The translations under genes were made by a program, and so were the position numbers. Under the pieces are notes generated by a model. It had not been told where the DNA came from and did not search any database. It saw nothing but the letters and a program-made list of their open reading frames with translations. From Lepidodermella squamata (taxonomy: Eukaryota > Animalia > Gastrotricha): a stretch of DNA of 64,000 nucleotides. Within the stretch, counting starts at the first letter, position 1. Each line of letters begins with the position of its first letter. Below are positions 23,022 through 38,437 of the stretch, piece by piece. The stretch lies in contig JBLDXI010000055.1 in the NCBI GenBank assembly GCA_047495785.1, forward strand, positions 1,798,001-1,862,000, in the 5' to 3' direction.

Positions 23022-25191
23022 TTAGGATATGTATGTGCGCCATGGCTCAGAATCAAGCTGGCCTTCCAATCGGCTAACGTCAAGCAGAGTGATTTCACCG
23101 ATTTCGATTTTTCCAATGAGCTCGAAGGGATCCATGCAAGTTTGCCACTCTGGTTGAGAGCTGTCGCCAACTAAAACTTCGTTGAGAATCCTGAAATATA
23201 AAAATTAGCAGGGGATGTCAGATGATTATAAAATGGATGATGTTTAGGGAGAAAATGATAATTATCCAAGGTTAAATGCAGCAAGAATCATGTATATCTC
23301 TGTAAGTATAAGTATGGGTCCAGTTATTTTGTTTGGTTTGATATTACATTTTTCATTAGTTCGTCCGAAAAAGGTCTAACTAATGTAATCTCACGCGAAT
23401 AAGTGGACTTATGTGATCTCCGGCGGCCAGCTAATTTACCCAACATAAAGACAGATAATATATAATCGTCTTGTCATATAAAATAGAAATTAATTATTTG
23501 TATAGGTAATCAGGTCGAAGCGCTACGCGCGCTAATCATAATTGAGGGTAAATACTAGATTAATTAGGTTGGGCGCTTGGAGTGTGGCTTTTTTACTTAC
23601 CGCGCGTCACGGTCGCTCATTTCCACGTGTGTCATTAACTCGTCTAGCTCTTTCTCCAATGACTGTAACGAAATATAACTTGAAAACGCTGGAGTAATTC
23701 ATCAATATTGCAGTACCTTAACTTTACGATCAAGCATTCGGCACCCTGCCGATAAAGAGTTGACCTCAGCCTATAAACAATCGTGAATTTATGTCAACAT
23801 AGCTGGATCTCATCCTGCTTACCTGAAGGTCCCTGCAAGTTTGAAATGTGGCTTTGAATTGCCCCTTAGGAATATTAGTGGATCTTAATTCCGAAAAAAG
23901 AGAGCGTATGATTTCTTCCTTGGTAGCTATTTTCTTTCGAAGCTCATGAACCGTTTCAGCTTGTGTAGCTTTTATTGGGGGGCGGCATCGTGCAGCAGAA
24001 GGGTCCAACATAGCTAACATCACGAATGGCGTCAGTAATTCCAACTCCAAAAGTTGTGTACTTACGAGGTAAAATCGATTCTAATTCATGTTGCTTATCT
24101 CTCACTTTGATTGACATCCTACATTTTCAAGAAAAAATCTTACTTAGAAGTTAGAAAGCACAGTAATTACTCTTTATTTTCAGCTGCAACCTTCCTCATC
24201 TCCGCCTCCAGGATCAGAGATTCGTTCTCTAACTTCTTCAATCTAAAACCACAGAGTTGTCTATCTGGTCTTCAAAATAAAGGAAATATAGACCTCGCCA
24301 GTTCTGAGCTATTCGCCATGGTACTGATTTGATTTTTGATTATCTCCGCACGGTGATCGTCATTCTTCATCAAATCGAACGCATAGTTATCGAACTCCAC
24401 CTTCAAACGAATGAAATATTAATAGGTACGTTAAAAAATCAGAAGCATTGTAACACAGTAACATAGCGTGTCCCTGGCATTATACATATATACTACTTCA
24501 AGTCTTACCTTAATAGAAGATAGCAAATCGCTGAAAACAGACGAATGTTCAATTAGTAAGTCGAATGCCTCGCGGCCAACTTGATAGTTGTGCAAGACTT
24601 TTGCTTTTTGATGGCCATTTGAACGCTTGCATTCCTCTAGATCCTTTCCATAAAGTGACAATCAAGTCGAATCTGCTTAATATATCTTAATACCTACGTG
24701 CAATAGTTTTTGTTCAATTGATTTCATTTGAAGTTTTGCTTTTTGCTGCATCTCTTTCAAAGCATTCTGGCTCTTGGAAGTAAATTTTTGCAGTTGTTCA
24801 GCTTTAGTCACTCCAACAAAATTTCCGGGGTCATCCACAACGCTTTCCCTGAGCAATGCTTAAATTAAACGTGATTATAACCTTCAACACGGATCAAATA
24901 TTTTCTTATTTGCCTACTTTGCTTGAATTCAGCTGGCATAGAGGGTAATTGCTCATATTCAGGTAAGCGTAGGGTAGAAAGAGCAACCAATCCATGATTT
25001 GATTCATTCACCTTCGGCATCACCTCATCGGCGGAATGCATCAAATGTCCAGTCATCGATGGCTTCCCAAGTGAGGGTTTATTCTGAGCAACACTCAAGT
25101 GACCTCTGGTGTACTTCAACACATCCGATCTGTTGATAGCCTCAAGATCATTCAAGATCTTCCTGATGTGACGTCGGTTGGTAATCGCCAT
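23022..25191 (-). CDS. C6orf118: C6orf118-like coiled-coil protein (TSNAXIP1_N-type; cilia/testis associated)
   Basis: KILNDLEAINRSDVLKYTRGHL, GVTKAEQLQKF and AFDLLIEHSSVFSDLLSSIKVEFD resemble recalled C6orf118 motifs. The first and last exon junctions were checked for phase, ending at TAA 23022; internal exons were not all traced. Confidence 0.65.
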
Positions 25192-26610
25192 GAAAACTTG
25201 ACAAGTTGCAGATAAAATTAACTCAACTATATAAAGAAAAGAAAATTTTGAAGCACGTTCAAGGCAGAAAAAGTCAAAATCAAAGAAAACAAAGTCGCCT
25301 TACGGAATCAGAAATCATATCATAATTCAGTAACGTCGGAGGAGCACGCAGAATGCTGCGTTACCTATTTTCGACTCTAATTGTATGCATGAATGAGTAC
25401 CTAGATAGGACGACGCGGCTAGCAGAAAAGGTAAGATCTTTTTAAAAAGATGCAAGGTATACTTCTCATCATTTTTCAAAGAAATGAAACTTCGACGTCT
25501 TATGGATCATCGGCGCCATCGCTTTGCGCGTTTTACTGGCACTTGACAAAGCTGATTTATTCCTTGTTTAAAAACCCACTCCTCCAATTTTGTAGAAGTT
25601 GAACAGGTCAGCCATACAAGAAGCAATGCATTAGCTAAGGTTTGATCGAACTGTACAAGCTGTACTGGACTGTTTCTATATGTCAAACATTGGCGTAGCG
25701 ACTTAACAAAATTGTCGCGATGAAAACACGTCAGAAAACCCCAGTATGTCTATCATCTATCAGTAAACCACAGTAACACCGCCAGCCAACAAACTACCCA
25801 CGAACTGTCCACCGGGACACGACAGCGTGGAGTAGGAAAACATATACGCTGTCCCACTACTCACGTATTGCTTACTGTAGGCAAGGACGCTTTATTTTTT
25901 TAAATTAAAAATTTGCAAGTATATTAAAAAATAGAATGTGACCATAAAAACAATAATTTAATGTTAATGAATGTGAAGTTTTGGCGGGAGAAATGCATCT
26001 TCGCGCGGTTCTTTCCTTGACCGTCGTGGTTCTCGAAAGTTCGAATTTTTCCCGTCGGATGTCCTATCGCTCTGAGCAATTTTTCGATTCCCGTATCGCG
26101 CGATAATGCGAATATCTCAGTATTTCGCCTTATACCGTATTTTCATGAATGTTATTACTTTTCCTGGTTCTATTCTATTTCTATTCCATGCGACGGTATA
26201 CTTACCTACTTTTTTTATAACTCCTAAATATCCTAGATCTTGAATAAAGGCGAAGAATTGAGTTCAATACTCGCTTCGATCTAGTAGTCCGAGCGCAGTG
26301 TTATTTTTATCTCTTGCAAAATCTGCTATATCTTCTATTTACCAAGTCCTGCAGACAAATTATCACGGACAAATGGCCTGCTCTCATCAATGATGAGGTA
26401 TGCAAATCAACTTTTTATTAGGCATAATCACTATAATTTTGTATATAAGTGTCCGCATCATCCTCTATTCATTTTTTTTATTAAGCTGCTCACGTTCGCC
26501 TCCCTTCTGTGCTCTCCACTTTTTACACAGTGCATTTAATTTTACAATATCATGGAGTATAGTTTATTTTGTCGATTACTAATTAGAAATATTTAAACGC
26601 GAATATTGCG

Positions 26611-27822
26611 ATGACTAACGAGGCATTAGTTTATTGCTACAACAAGGGATGCAAACATAAAAAATTTGACCCCAATAACAACCCTCCCGACTCGGTGGAA
26701 TGCGTTTACCATCCTGGGGCTCCAATTTTCCATGATGCGATGAAAATATGGTCATGCTGCCAGAAAAAATCCCACGATTTTACGGTTGGTTCCATCATTT
26801 CGTAAATGTTCGTTCCGTTTCTTAATACAGCTATCTATTACAGGAATTCCTTGACATTAAAGGATGCGCGAAGGGACCTCACAATCCTGTGAAACCGCCA
26901 GAACCTGTGAAACAAACCGCCCCTGACGAGCCTGTCGGTCAACCTGTTATGAAAGCTGCTGAACGCGAGGCTCCTGCTCAGATTGAGAGCCGCCTTATTG
27001 ACTTGCCGTACTCTGTCAATCCGGCTCTTAAAGAGGCTCTGGACAAACTAGCTGCCCAAGTTGACTCATCATCGGAGTTATCCTCTGACAAACCAGGTGT
27101 CATTGAAAAAGGCGCGTGTTGCAAGAATCGCGGCTGTACAAAAACTTATCAAAACGATAACGACGGCTGCGTGGATGAAGTTGATGTTGTGCGCGATGAC
27201 GATGACGATGATCCCGACGAGCAACCAAAAAATCGCGCGGAGAGCAAGTGCGTTTATCACCCCGGCGTACCTGGTAAAAAATCGTACATGTATTTCATTA
27301 TTTTCTTATTACATTTTCTGTCGCAGTATTCCATGAGGGAATGAAGTATTGGTCGTGCTGTCAAAGAAAAACCGTTGACTTCGACGTATTTCTAAATCAA
27401 GAAGGATGCGAAACCGGTGCTCATAATTGGTTGCAGAAAGGGGTTGGATCATTCATTTTTCTGTTAATCAGTACTGTAAATTCAGATTTCAGGAGAAGAT
27501 GGTTAAACCCAATTCCTGTCGATCCGATTATCATCAAACTACAAATTTATTAACTTTGAACTTTTATGCTAAAATGTGCGACCCATCCAAATGTCGGATT
27601 CGTGCATCTGGCACTGAAGTCGAAGTTCATTTAGAGTTTGATGGTGGAAGCAGCGTTTTCGATCGCCGCTTGCAGCTGTTCGGAGCTATCGATCCTGCGA
27701 AATCGAGCGTAAAATTTGGGGCGAAGGTGGAACTAGTCTTAGTTAAACTTGAAAAAATCGCATGGCCCCGTCTTGAATACACTCCGCCAATTGTGCTCCA
27801 GACATCTTCAACAGAGGATTAA
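26611..27822 (+). CDS. CHORDC1: Cysteine/histidine-rich domain-containing protein 1 (two CHORD domains and a CS domain; Hsp90 co-chaperone)
   Basis: CYNKGC...[26 protein letters not shown]...[20 protein letters not shown], and CS domain CRSDYHQT...[24 protein letters not shown]. Confidence 0.95.
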
Positions 27823-30394
27823 CAAAATCGGCAATTAACATGATTGATGTTTTGCATTATAATTGATAGTCAGATGTACTTGGATTCACTCATTGCACGT
27901 TGTAGATATTCAACTGATGGGGTTTATGAGCAATGCATATGAAATTAACAAATGGTGAATAAAAACAGGAATATGACACTACATATTTGGGTATTATAAT
28001 CTGTTTTAACTTTCAATTGCATTTGCTACTGGAATCTAACACGTTCCACATTTGCAACTAGTTTTCAATGCAACTTGGGATTACGTAGAGCTAAACCATT
28101 CCTGATAATTATGTTCCCTTGCCTCGTAAAGCTGCGAAGTGTATATATAATGAGAACGCGTCAGGTCAGGAAATCGATCGTTCACATTCACGGCGAGAAA
28201 TGTAGCGCTCTGTTCACTGCAGGTACCTATAGTGCATTACGTTAAAACCAAAAGCGCTATTTTTGCGAAAGTAGACCGTGGTCGAAATCGAATTTAATTT
28301 ATACGCGGCGGATTTGGTTGAGCAGCCACGGAAGTTCTATCAAAAAACAATTTCGAGAATGTTACCATAACTTGACCTGTAATTTCATGTCACGAAATTG
28401 ATTGCTTTGATGTGCAGTATACATCCAGACTGGCCTTTTCGTGGGCCATCCAACGGTACGCCACTCAAGGGATCTTCACCTTACTTTCATTTATTTATGA
28501 TATGCCAAAGTCACCCCAATTTACCGAATCTGTTCATAAGCCAAAAGAAAGTGTAGTGTACCTGCAGTTGCTGGAAAGTCTTTACGATTTTTTATATGCT
28601 GCGGCCTAAAAAAACAAATTAGTAGGTAGTGTAATTCATCAGCTGCGAATTCAGGTAATGTCTAGCACCATCGAAGATCGAAGTTGAAAATCTGAGATAC
28701 CTCAAACACTTAAACTGCATAAACGCGGAAAATCCGTGGAGCGAACGGGATCGGTACGAGCCTTTGTTGATGATGCTGGCTGACTTATGTAATATCAGAG
28801 ACGCTCGCCATCCTGTGGAAAAATGCGAGAACCTAAAACTTCGTCGTGTACAGAGTTTATTATTTGCAACAGCATTCGAAAATTCGCTACAGGAATACTG
28901 AATTTCTCATTTTTCCTGTATTTGCTACGGACATAGAGATCAGATTAACCAGAGAGGAAACTCATGCATAAAACTCTCTACAACAGGTAACTTCGCATTA
29001 TTTCATTAAGGAGGAATTTGGTTTTCGTCAAGCTTAAAGAAAAACATTATATTTAGCCATCAGTCCTCTCAAATTTATCATTAAAATGAATACCAGATGA
29101 TTCCTCGCTTCAGAAATCGTTAACGACAAAAAACCTGTTGGAAAAATCAGCTTCCGTTGAGGAGATATTTGGAATTTAAAAACTCAGTTTTTTGTGTAGA
29201 TTGCCAAACTTTAATCTGTTATATCTCGATAAAGGGTCAGGGTTTTGGCTGCGCTTTTCAGAAATAAAAGTTTGGGATGTGCTCTATCAGATGGTATAAG
29301 TCTCTCGGAGGGCTTTGGAGTACAACTCGAGATATTTGAGCTCAAGGTAGGCACACTCGACCCATAAAACCATCACTACTGAAGGTCCTACAGCAATTTG
29401 GCTTGCGCCATTGTGTTCACACGAAAGCTCAGCCTCGATGGAAGCGAAGAAGACGGTTAGTAATAAGTTCTCCAGTCCTCGATTCAACGGAGGAGAGAGG
29501 AGACTGAACTAAGATAATTCGATCGAAACATCTCTAACAAAATGTGGAAACAGCTTTTCTCTCCAGCTCAGACTGCATTCTTAGCTATCGACGTCAGTTC
29601 GAAAATGCCAAACAGAAATAGGTTCTACTTTCTACCATACTTAGAATTCGCAAGGGTATTGTACGTTCCCTGGAAAAACTTGACTCCGTTCAAACAGATT
29701 CATGAATATGACGAAGGTTGAATTGATTCTGCTAGGCTAACGCAGATCCGTCAGTCATGTATCAAATCATGTCCGAATGTCGGGAACAAAACGAGTCCGT
29801 TCGAAATAACATAGTTTCAAAATCACGCAACTGACAAACAAGCAGCGTATGCTGAACACCTCTATCCACTACAGCTTGTGAAACCGTCGAAAAACTGGGA
29901 AAGCAGGAAATCCTAAACGCATGGAACGATCTGCATGAAAACTGCATCATCTCAACTGATATCAATGCATAAACAGCACCATCAAAGCCCGGAGCAACTC
30001 GTCGCAGTATCGTTTCCACATAACAATGGTTTGTCAACAAAGAACAAAGCATTCTCAAGTAAACCCAGCATCATGCGGAGTTTGGCAAAGACGTTGGCGG
30101 CTATACTTGGCATGTTAAGAAATTTGAATGCAGATGACATGGCCACCTGGATTTAGAGATTTTTAAGGCTTCACAAAACGCATATTAGCTAACAGTATCA
30201 AGTTTATTTTTATGTTTATTTTTATTAGCGCTTAACTGTTATTCCACCAAATGAATCCGAACAAATACAATAACATATTTACTACTCGAGCATGCACAAG
30301 ATTCACGTCAATGCGAAAATGCCAACGTCAAGTTTGAAGTACCTCAGCAGCACCCGCATCAACGCTAACCATTTGCAACGAGAAACGGCAAATT

Positions 30395-30705
<311 letters not shown>

Positions 30706-32837
30706 GGTAAAATGTCTAGAATGAAGAGCACATTAAAAATTGAAGCTTTCGTGTTTAGATCAAGAGTATGCGCCGACAGCTAACAATTCGAAATTCGAAT
30801 TAGCAACAAACGATAGCACAATAATCAGAAAAAGCACAAAGAATGCTGTCATTTCAAAAGGAAACGGGAAACGCTTAATCAGAATTCTAGCAAGAACTTA
30901 TTACTCAAGAATAACAAATTGAGCCACCTTTCGCGTGCACTCATGGATCGCCACTTATAACTTATATAACGCTTAACGCTCAATTCCCCATGTTATTCTT
31001 GCGACTAGCGATAAGTGATGAACTATGTAGTAACAATTTTCAGATTTATCAAAATCATGATAATTTCAAATTAATCGAAACATTACTTGCTGAAAGTTTT
31101 TAGCAGGGCAAGTTCAACAAATTGATATTCAACAGCTTTTTAAAACTTGAAATAATGTTAAATAAAAAACTGATTGCTTGCCAAGACAGTCACAACGGCA
31201 CAATCAGATTCAAGCGAATGCAGATATTGCCGCCTAAAAAAGCTTTTAACAAAGCGAGATCTCAGTTGGGAACACGATACGAAAAGCGTGCGATAAGGGA
31301 AAATACTTCAATTTTTCATCTAAGCAATTTTCTTCTCTTTTCCGCGGTTCAAACTTCAATCGAGAGACAGCAAAATACACAGCTCTTACGCAGAATACTA
31401 TTGGCATCTACCAAACTGCAAACGTCAAAGTAACTTCGGCGGACTTGTCGACGTGACTAGCAGAAAATTAAATTATTTAGTTTTGTCATACAATAATATA
31501 AACAATGAAATTATGTTGAAAATATATTAATACATGATTTCACATCTAGAGGAATTTTTATCGTACTAAATATTGAGTTATCAGGGTTGGCTGCAACTAG
31601 TAAATGATTTTTTTTAGGGGCAAGTTGGAATGAAAAATAACGGCTCGTGTGATCATGTCTAGTCCACTGCTGCCAAACTGCCAAATACCTGGGAGTTAAA
31701 CTGGACTGAACTGAAATAGGCAGCCACATGTAATTTATTTAAAGCACAAAGCATTAATTCTGTTTTTTTAAGATCTGATCATCGATTAGCCCAAGGATTT
31801 AACACCGACTTTCGTCTCTATATCTTAATATTTCGATCAGCTCCGATCTGCTACATTAGATATGAAATCATTAATCCAAACTGTGAACTATGTCGTTAGA
31901 CTGAAATATCGATCGGCCACGAATTTTGCTAAACGGCGATGCTAGTTCTCAGTTGAGTGCTCCGTGCTCCTGGCTCTTGCGGCTATTATCTCCTTGCTCC
32001 ATTTGTCATATACTAATTACTTGTTGTATGCTGTCTGTACGGACCGTCGTGTCTTTGATGACTGCTTATTTATCAACGCCTGCAAATTAATCGCCCGTTA
32101 TCAGAAAGGGTCGCAGGGTTTATCATCCAACCATCTAATCGAATCGGCTACCCGCTCAGGAATATGATGACGCTTTATCAGTCTCTAATGCTTTCAGTTC
32201 GAAGTTACAAATTTGGCTCACGAGCGGAGATGATAATCTGCTATCCCAAAGCTGTAAGAAAAGAGTTCCATGCTATAGCCAATTTCGCCGCGCCAGGCCA
32301 AAATTGTCTTTTATAGCTGTTTTTGATGTTTGAGAGCTTTTTAGGAAAACGGTATAGGCCAAGAGCCAATACACTACTAACTCAAATTCTTTCGTTACGA
32401 TAGTTTTCTTTTTATAGGAGTTCGTTATTTGTGATAGTGAAAACGCGTTCACTGCTATTATTCTCAGCGAGGCTTTTATCGATGAAAGGCGATCAAAGCT
32501 TTATCCATCGATCTATCATTAATCGACAATTGTTCCTTTAGCCGCTCTGTCCACGGTTTCTCCCTCGAAAAAAATCGAAAGGAAAACTTTTTGAAACTTT
32601 TGCTAGACTGCGCATTTAGGCGCGCGCAAATGGGACAATAACTTGTCTCACAATAAGCAAATAGGAGCTTCTTGTCGGCGTTCCTTTCATTATCTTTTGA
32701 GTGATTGCTATGGAATTATCATCGCGTATTCTGCAATGGGCATATCAATAGTTTGGATTTTTATGTGTATTCAATTAGTAGGAACTATTAGACCTTTACG
32801 AAGATAGTTGACAATGCCGCGCTGATAAACTGAAAAG

Positions 32838-35800
32838 ATGAAACGACGATTTGACAGCAGTGTGATAAATTTTCTGAAGGAGCTCAGAGTTTTTCATGGA
32901 AACGCAGGGTACGTTCTATTTTATGGGATTTCAGCCGAAATTTAAAATTTTCTGCTTTTTTACATTAGCAATTCTATCGTTAGCTTTCCATCAATATCTG
33001 GGCGAAACGTAAATCTGTACAAGTTGTACAAGATTGTCACCGCAAATGGGGGATTCGACAGGGTCAGTTTGGAGGATAAATGGACGTACATACTGGAGGA
33101 ATTGAACATTCCCGAAGATTGCGCTAACGCTAGTGAAGTTGTGAAGCAAATTTATCAAAGGTAGTTATCTTTTTTAGTAGTATTCTGTCATAAATTATTT
33201 TATCAGATATTTGGAGCGATACGAGCGCTCTCGGAAAAAAGACGCTAACGGAGCTATCGTGGACTATGATGTCGATGATGCGCATGAAGATGACATAACT
33301 CGATTTACTCCAATGTACAGATCTCGAAGGAGTGAAGCTTACAATGAATTACGATTATTTCCTGGCCAAGAGCATGCTCGCAGTTCTATGCCGGCTGTAC
33401 ATATTCCACCAATGCCTCCAAACTTTTCGAGGCTGTACAAGTCCCTGCTTTGCGGCTTGCCAAACGAGTTCGACCTCGGTGTATCTGCGTGTCTGGCTCT
33501 GTCTTTACATGACAACAGAATACCTCTACAGCCGAACCATTTCAATTCATTCGTCGACCTTTTGTGTGCTCATACAGGAATCTTCGGCGATGGTTGGTTT
33601 CATACAAATTCTTTGAACGAATCTTATCGGATTTTTTTGCAATACAGACCAATTGCGGTTATCAAACTTGTACGCAGATTGGCGAAAAAGCGATAAATTG
33701 GAATTTTTCAAGGTACAGTGGTTGAAGCAATATGACTATATGTAACTTATGTTTTCCTGTGAACATAGTTTTGGTGCAGTTACGTAGATGATAATTGCGA
33801 AGAGGCAATCAACGTTAAGGAATTAATTTATGCTCCGAATATCACCAAGCTGATCGAATCTGAAGTTGCGAAATCAGTATCAGCTAAGCGTGACCAGCTG
33901 AACCCTTTCGGTATTGGGCTTCCATCCACTTCTAAAGAAGGATTTGTAGTGGAAATGGTTGGTGACTTTTTAAATTGTATGTTTAATCTCTCATAATGCT
34001 AATAGATTGCGAGTGTCTTTCGCAACCTCTCATTTGATGCATACAATGCTGTGTTAATGGCTGGCAACACCACTTTATTACGGTAACCTATTTTTGATGA
34101 GAAATTGCGGAGAATTAACCTTGTTTTCTAAAGATTTCTATTTCTTGGATCTCGATGCCAATATCGCAACGTTGCAACACTTTGTTTGGATACGTTGGCG
34201 CGATTGGCTCCTTCGTTGAGTTTGACATCTCTGGAGTTATCAATTGACTGCGGCGCGACGATTTTAGTCGAATTTGTGAGAAGGCTGCTGGAATCTAATG
34301 ATCGGGCTCACATTCTGGCTGGTGCCGAAATACTGTCTTCTCTATGTCAAAATGACTCTAACTTCGAAGAATTGTGCTCATTCATTGACTCATCTTTATG
34401 CAACAAGCTTTTCCAGTATCTTCTCGTGCCGGACATTCATCTCGTTGTCAATTGTGCAGAGGCAATCTATCAAATGAGCGAATTAGGCCCCTCCCCCTGC
34501 GACATTATCGCTGCTAACGAACACCATTTATGTACGATTTTCATTCACTGATTATGATTATGATAATCGATTGATTTTTATAGCTATAATTCTGGCGCTA
34601 ACCACGGTTGAAGCGGTTGCATTCGGACCTGATGCAATCGTAAATATTAAAGTGGTTGCCCAGCACGGTGGTTTGTCGGGCGCACCGCAAGCCATGCAGA
34701 TGAGCGGACGCTTCCAACCTCGCATGATGCCTCAAGCCCAAGCGCCACCTAGGCCAGTCCATCCGCAAGTTATCCCGCCTGTAAACCAAGCAGCCCATAT
34801 GACCATGGTTTACGCTACTAATTGGTATGTTCCGTTAACGGTTTAATCGTTCAAATAACTTATTTTATTTTTGTGTTAAGGCTAAGAGCTGTATTTGAGC
34901 CTTGTCCACCGCCGCCTAATCCGGCTTCTCAGCACTCCGAGTCTCTGCTTGAGGCTTACAACGAATATTTGGCCGCTGCCGCGTACGCAAATAACAAAAC
35001 AGTTTATGAAAATGTCCATCTCTTCGCAGAGTGCCTTTCGTGAGTTTTATAACACCACCAAGTTCATGAATATATTTTTGCTATTAGGCGAGTGTTTCCA
35101 TTTGTTGCGATCAAGTCTCCACCGCCGCCGCGGGTTGAAACTGCCCGCATTTTCGGAATTCGTAAAATAAACGCCGCCCCGATCACTTCGCCACCTGTTA
35201 TGCCTCTGATGCCTGTAATGCCGAACAACGCTATTGTGGCACCTGCACAAAACGGCGGGGCTGATCCAGTGCAACTGAATAGTCCACAAAAACGACCGTT
35301 ACTGCCAAAACCGACGTCAGATGCGCCCGTGCTGAATGGTTGTCAAAATGACCCACAAGGTGGCGTGCTTCACGTTGTTGGCAACCCAGTCACTGCGGCT
35401 GACATGATTGATTGCGAGCGGCGCCAGCATGAACTTTCCATAGTTCGGATTGAAAATAAACCCAAGTCAGAAGTGAATGGCATTCTAAAACAGAATGGCG
35501 ATCACGATGGCACAAATGGTGGAACTAAGGGCGGGGCGCTTGACCAGCTGCTTGATGAGGAAGAGCGAGCGACGGATAAAAACGATGCCACCGAACCAGC
35601 GAAGGTGAATGGTTCCAGTGATTCTGCTCCAGTGGCGAAAAAAGCTAAAGTTGAGGAGGAAATCTTAAACGGGCGAAAAATGGTAAATGGTAGTGTTCCG
35701 CATCTCAATGGTTTCGTTCAGTCGACAAACGGTCACCACGTGAACGGGCAGAACGGTCAGGCAAAGGAATCGGTTGAGTCTGCTACGGTCAACAATGGCC

Positions 35801-36896
35801 ATCATGACGAAGCTTCTGTAATGAGCGACAGCAACAGTGCAGCAGTTTTTGCGTCTTGTGATTCGGAATCGGCGGGCGGCGATGCCAGTCGCATGTCAAC
35901 CCTTTCAGATGCCGAAAGCAGCCGACGACATGCTGCCCGGTCGTGCCCTTCGACTAGCAATACCAACTCGCAGATGCGAACAAATGATGCCGAGAATTCG
36001 ATTCCCCAGCCACCGACACCGTTAAACGGACCCAGCAACAGCAATGCTTCGCTGCAGCCTCAAGTGACAAGCTCATCTCAACCACCTCTTCCTTTTCCGT
36101 GCAAATGGGGAGCATGCCAGGAGTAAGCATTTTTATATAAATTAATTCATCAATCTTTGTTCAAGGGTCAGAACCTCACTGTAGACATAGGCTGTATAAG
36201 CGTGGTTTTAAACTGAGGTAAAACGGCTAACTCTGTGTTCTTCAATAATGTATTATTAGGATAAAGGATATGCTAATTGCATTCATTTTAAGAATTTCGG
36301 TGAAAATGCTCTGCATACATTTTCATCATATTTTTTTAACGAATTTCTAGGAGATTCACCACAATGGACAACTTGCATCGACATTTTGTAACCATTCACT
36401 TGATGCAAATGCCTGGCGAATACGGCGTGCGAACACCTTGCCAGTGGCAGGGTTGTGCGTGGCCGGTGCCTCGCCTGAAATGGTCGATATTCGCCCATGC
36501 GAAAGAACAGCATCTCAATCCGAATCCACCGCCTATGGCTGTGCCAAATCGTATGGCACACCCCGATGCGGAGATACCGCCCGACGCTGGTCTTCGAGCC
36601 GTGCTAACAAACTTCTGCCAGACGACGCCCTTCAATCCCGTAAGATGAATATAATATGAATTGATTCTGTGATCTCATCATTGAATTTTTAGCCCCCGCC
36701 TGGATTTGAAGGCCCTGTTACGAAGCAAATGCGGCTGGCTGGTGGGCTGATTCTGCGCAATCTCGCTAAGCATTCGGCGAGCGGCAAACGCTTCGTCAAT
36801 CGCCATATCCAAGAACTCGTGGCAATAGCTTTCTCGGGCATCGAATCGAGTTCTGCTGTTGCTGCTGCGCTCGATCTGGTTGACCAACAGTTATGA
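32838..36896 (+). CDS. ARID2: AT-rich interactive domain protein 2 (BAF200, PBAF subunit)
   Basis: N-terminal ARID (FLKELRVFH..VNLYKLYKIVTANGGFDRV..W), LYKSLLCGLPNEFDLG, RFX-like WLRAVFE, zinc fingers CKWGAC and CQWQGC, and C-terminal EGPVTKQMRLAGGLILRNL. TGA at 36894-36896. Confidence 0.93.
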
Positions 36897-38437
36897 GCCG
36901 GTCATTAGCGGTTAGATCAAGGTTGTTATTTCCTATCGTGACAGTCTGTGAGGCATACGCGAACTGAACCAAATGATGGCGAATTCGAACGCCGTGTATA
37001 GTCGGTGCCTGTTTGTGTTTTATATCTGCTAATTAACGCGTTGTTATGTGCCGTTTTGAATTTTGTTAACGTCGCGTAACAATAATCTTCTCTCATTTTC
37101 GTTTTGTCTTGTCATCGTCATCATTATAGTTGTCACCTTTAGCATTTTCTCCGCATTATTCGATCTGTTCGCTCAACAAATTGACTTTTTTACCAACAGC
37201 AATGACTGGAAAATTCGCCAGTTCGGGTGCGACGTTAGTAAATACATCTAATAGTAATACTATCGTAATAATTATTGCCAATTAACGGAAAAATTATTAT
37301 TGTCGTTATGATGATGTATATTGTGTATTAGCCATCTCATTTTTTTCGAATAACCTGCCTGCCTCTCCGATCAGGCAAAAAACTTTATGCCATTCCGACT
37401 TTTATATCTTGTTAGGTTATATTATCTATGAGAAGTTTCGTTTTTTTCAGTGATAAATTGAGCTGAGACTATTTTAGCCCTGTATTCTTATTATGGTTGT
37501 AAGGTTGAAAAGAAACAAAGTTGGCCTTGTAAATACCGCGAATATTTGCTATCATTTGCTGATTCTCTGACATTTTGCCGCGCTAAGCGATCGATTATAA
37601 ACTGCTAATTGCCGTTTGAAGGCCACTATTCGTAAAAAAAATCGATTTTTTTGTTGATGGGCGAAGAAATGATCATACTGAAGGTCTTTTACTTGTTTAT
37701 CTGTGTCCATACTATCTCGATCGTCGTCGATTTCAAATAATGCTGTCTTGTGCATGTTTCATTTAATAACCTCGACGATGAATTCAACAGCTGGAGGTGA
37801 CATTCAAGGTCATGGGCTAATGATTTTTGATGTCGTCTCATCGTGTTGCTGTTTTCTTGTAACAAATGAATTCGATAAGGTCTTAGACGAGACTGATCAT
37901 TCACAAAATGGATAATAAACGGCTTTTGCGGCCGAATTCATCGTGTTTTCACCTGAGTTTTGATTGAAATTGAAACCTTTCAAATTTGTAGGTTGCCGCA
38001 TGTTAGAAATCTGATATGACGAACGTTCCAAGATTATCCCTTGATAGCAGAGCCATCGAGGAAGACATTGCCTTGCTCACTGATTCAGACTGCCTTATCG
38101 AAAGTAAGCTGCAGTTTTGATATTTTCTCGGGATATTTGATAAAGTTGATGTTTAGATTTCTCCCGAAAGGAGTTCGGAGGAGTAGAACAGGACTCCGCC
38201 TTATATGGATTTTACCAGTCCTTATCCACGTTTGTAAAGCGGTACTCTGAGTTACAATCACTACCCAATCAAATTGAGCACGAGAACGGCGAGCTGTCTT
38301 CCCATACAGAGCGGATATCACGCGCTGCTAGCACAATAAATGATATTTTGACTCGAGTTGACCAAACTAAGCGATGAAATAAATTATTATTGACGATAAA
38401 ACATCTGTGTTTTAGAATTTCAATTTGATATTTTATC

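Noticed and set aside
36124-36350. Longer ARID2 intron as a snoRNA or miRNA host (ACCTCA...TGAGGT)
   Set aside because: Only a 6-bp stem, with no C box or clear H/ACA layout. TGAGGTAA is not the let-7 sequence.
37552-38321. Possible minus-strand gene between ARID2 and PARN
   Set aside because: I could not join the short frames with consistent splice phases. It may be a long 3'UTR or decayed sequence.
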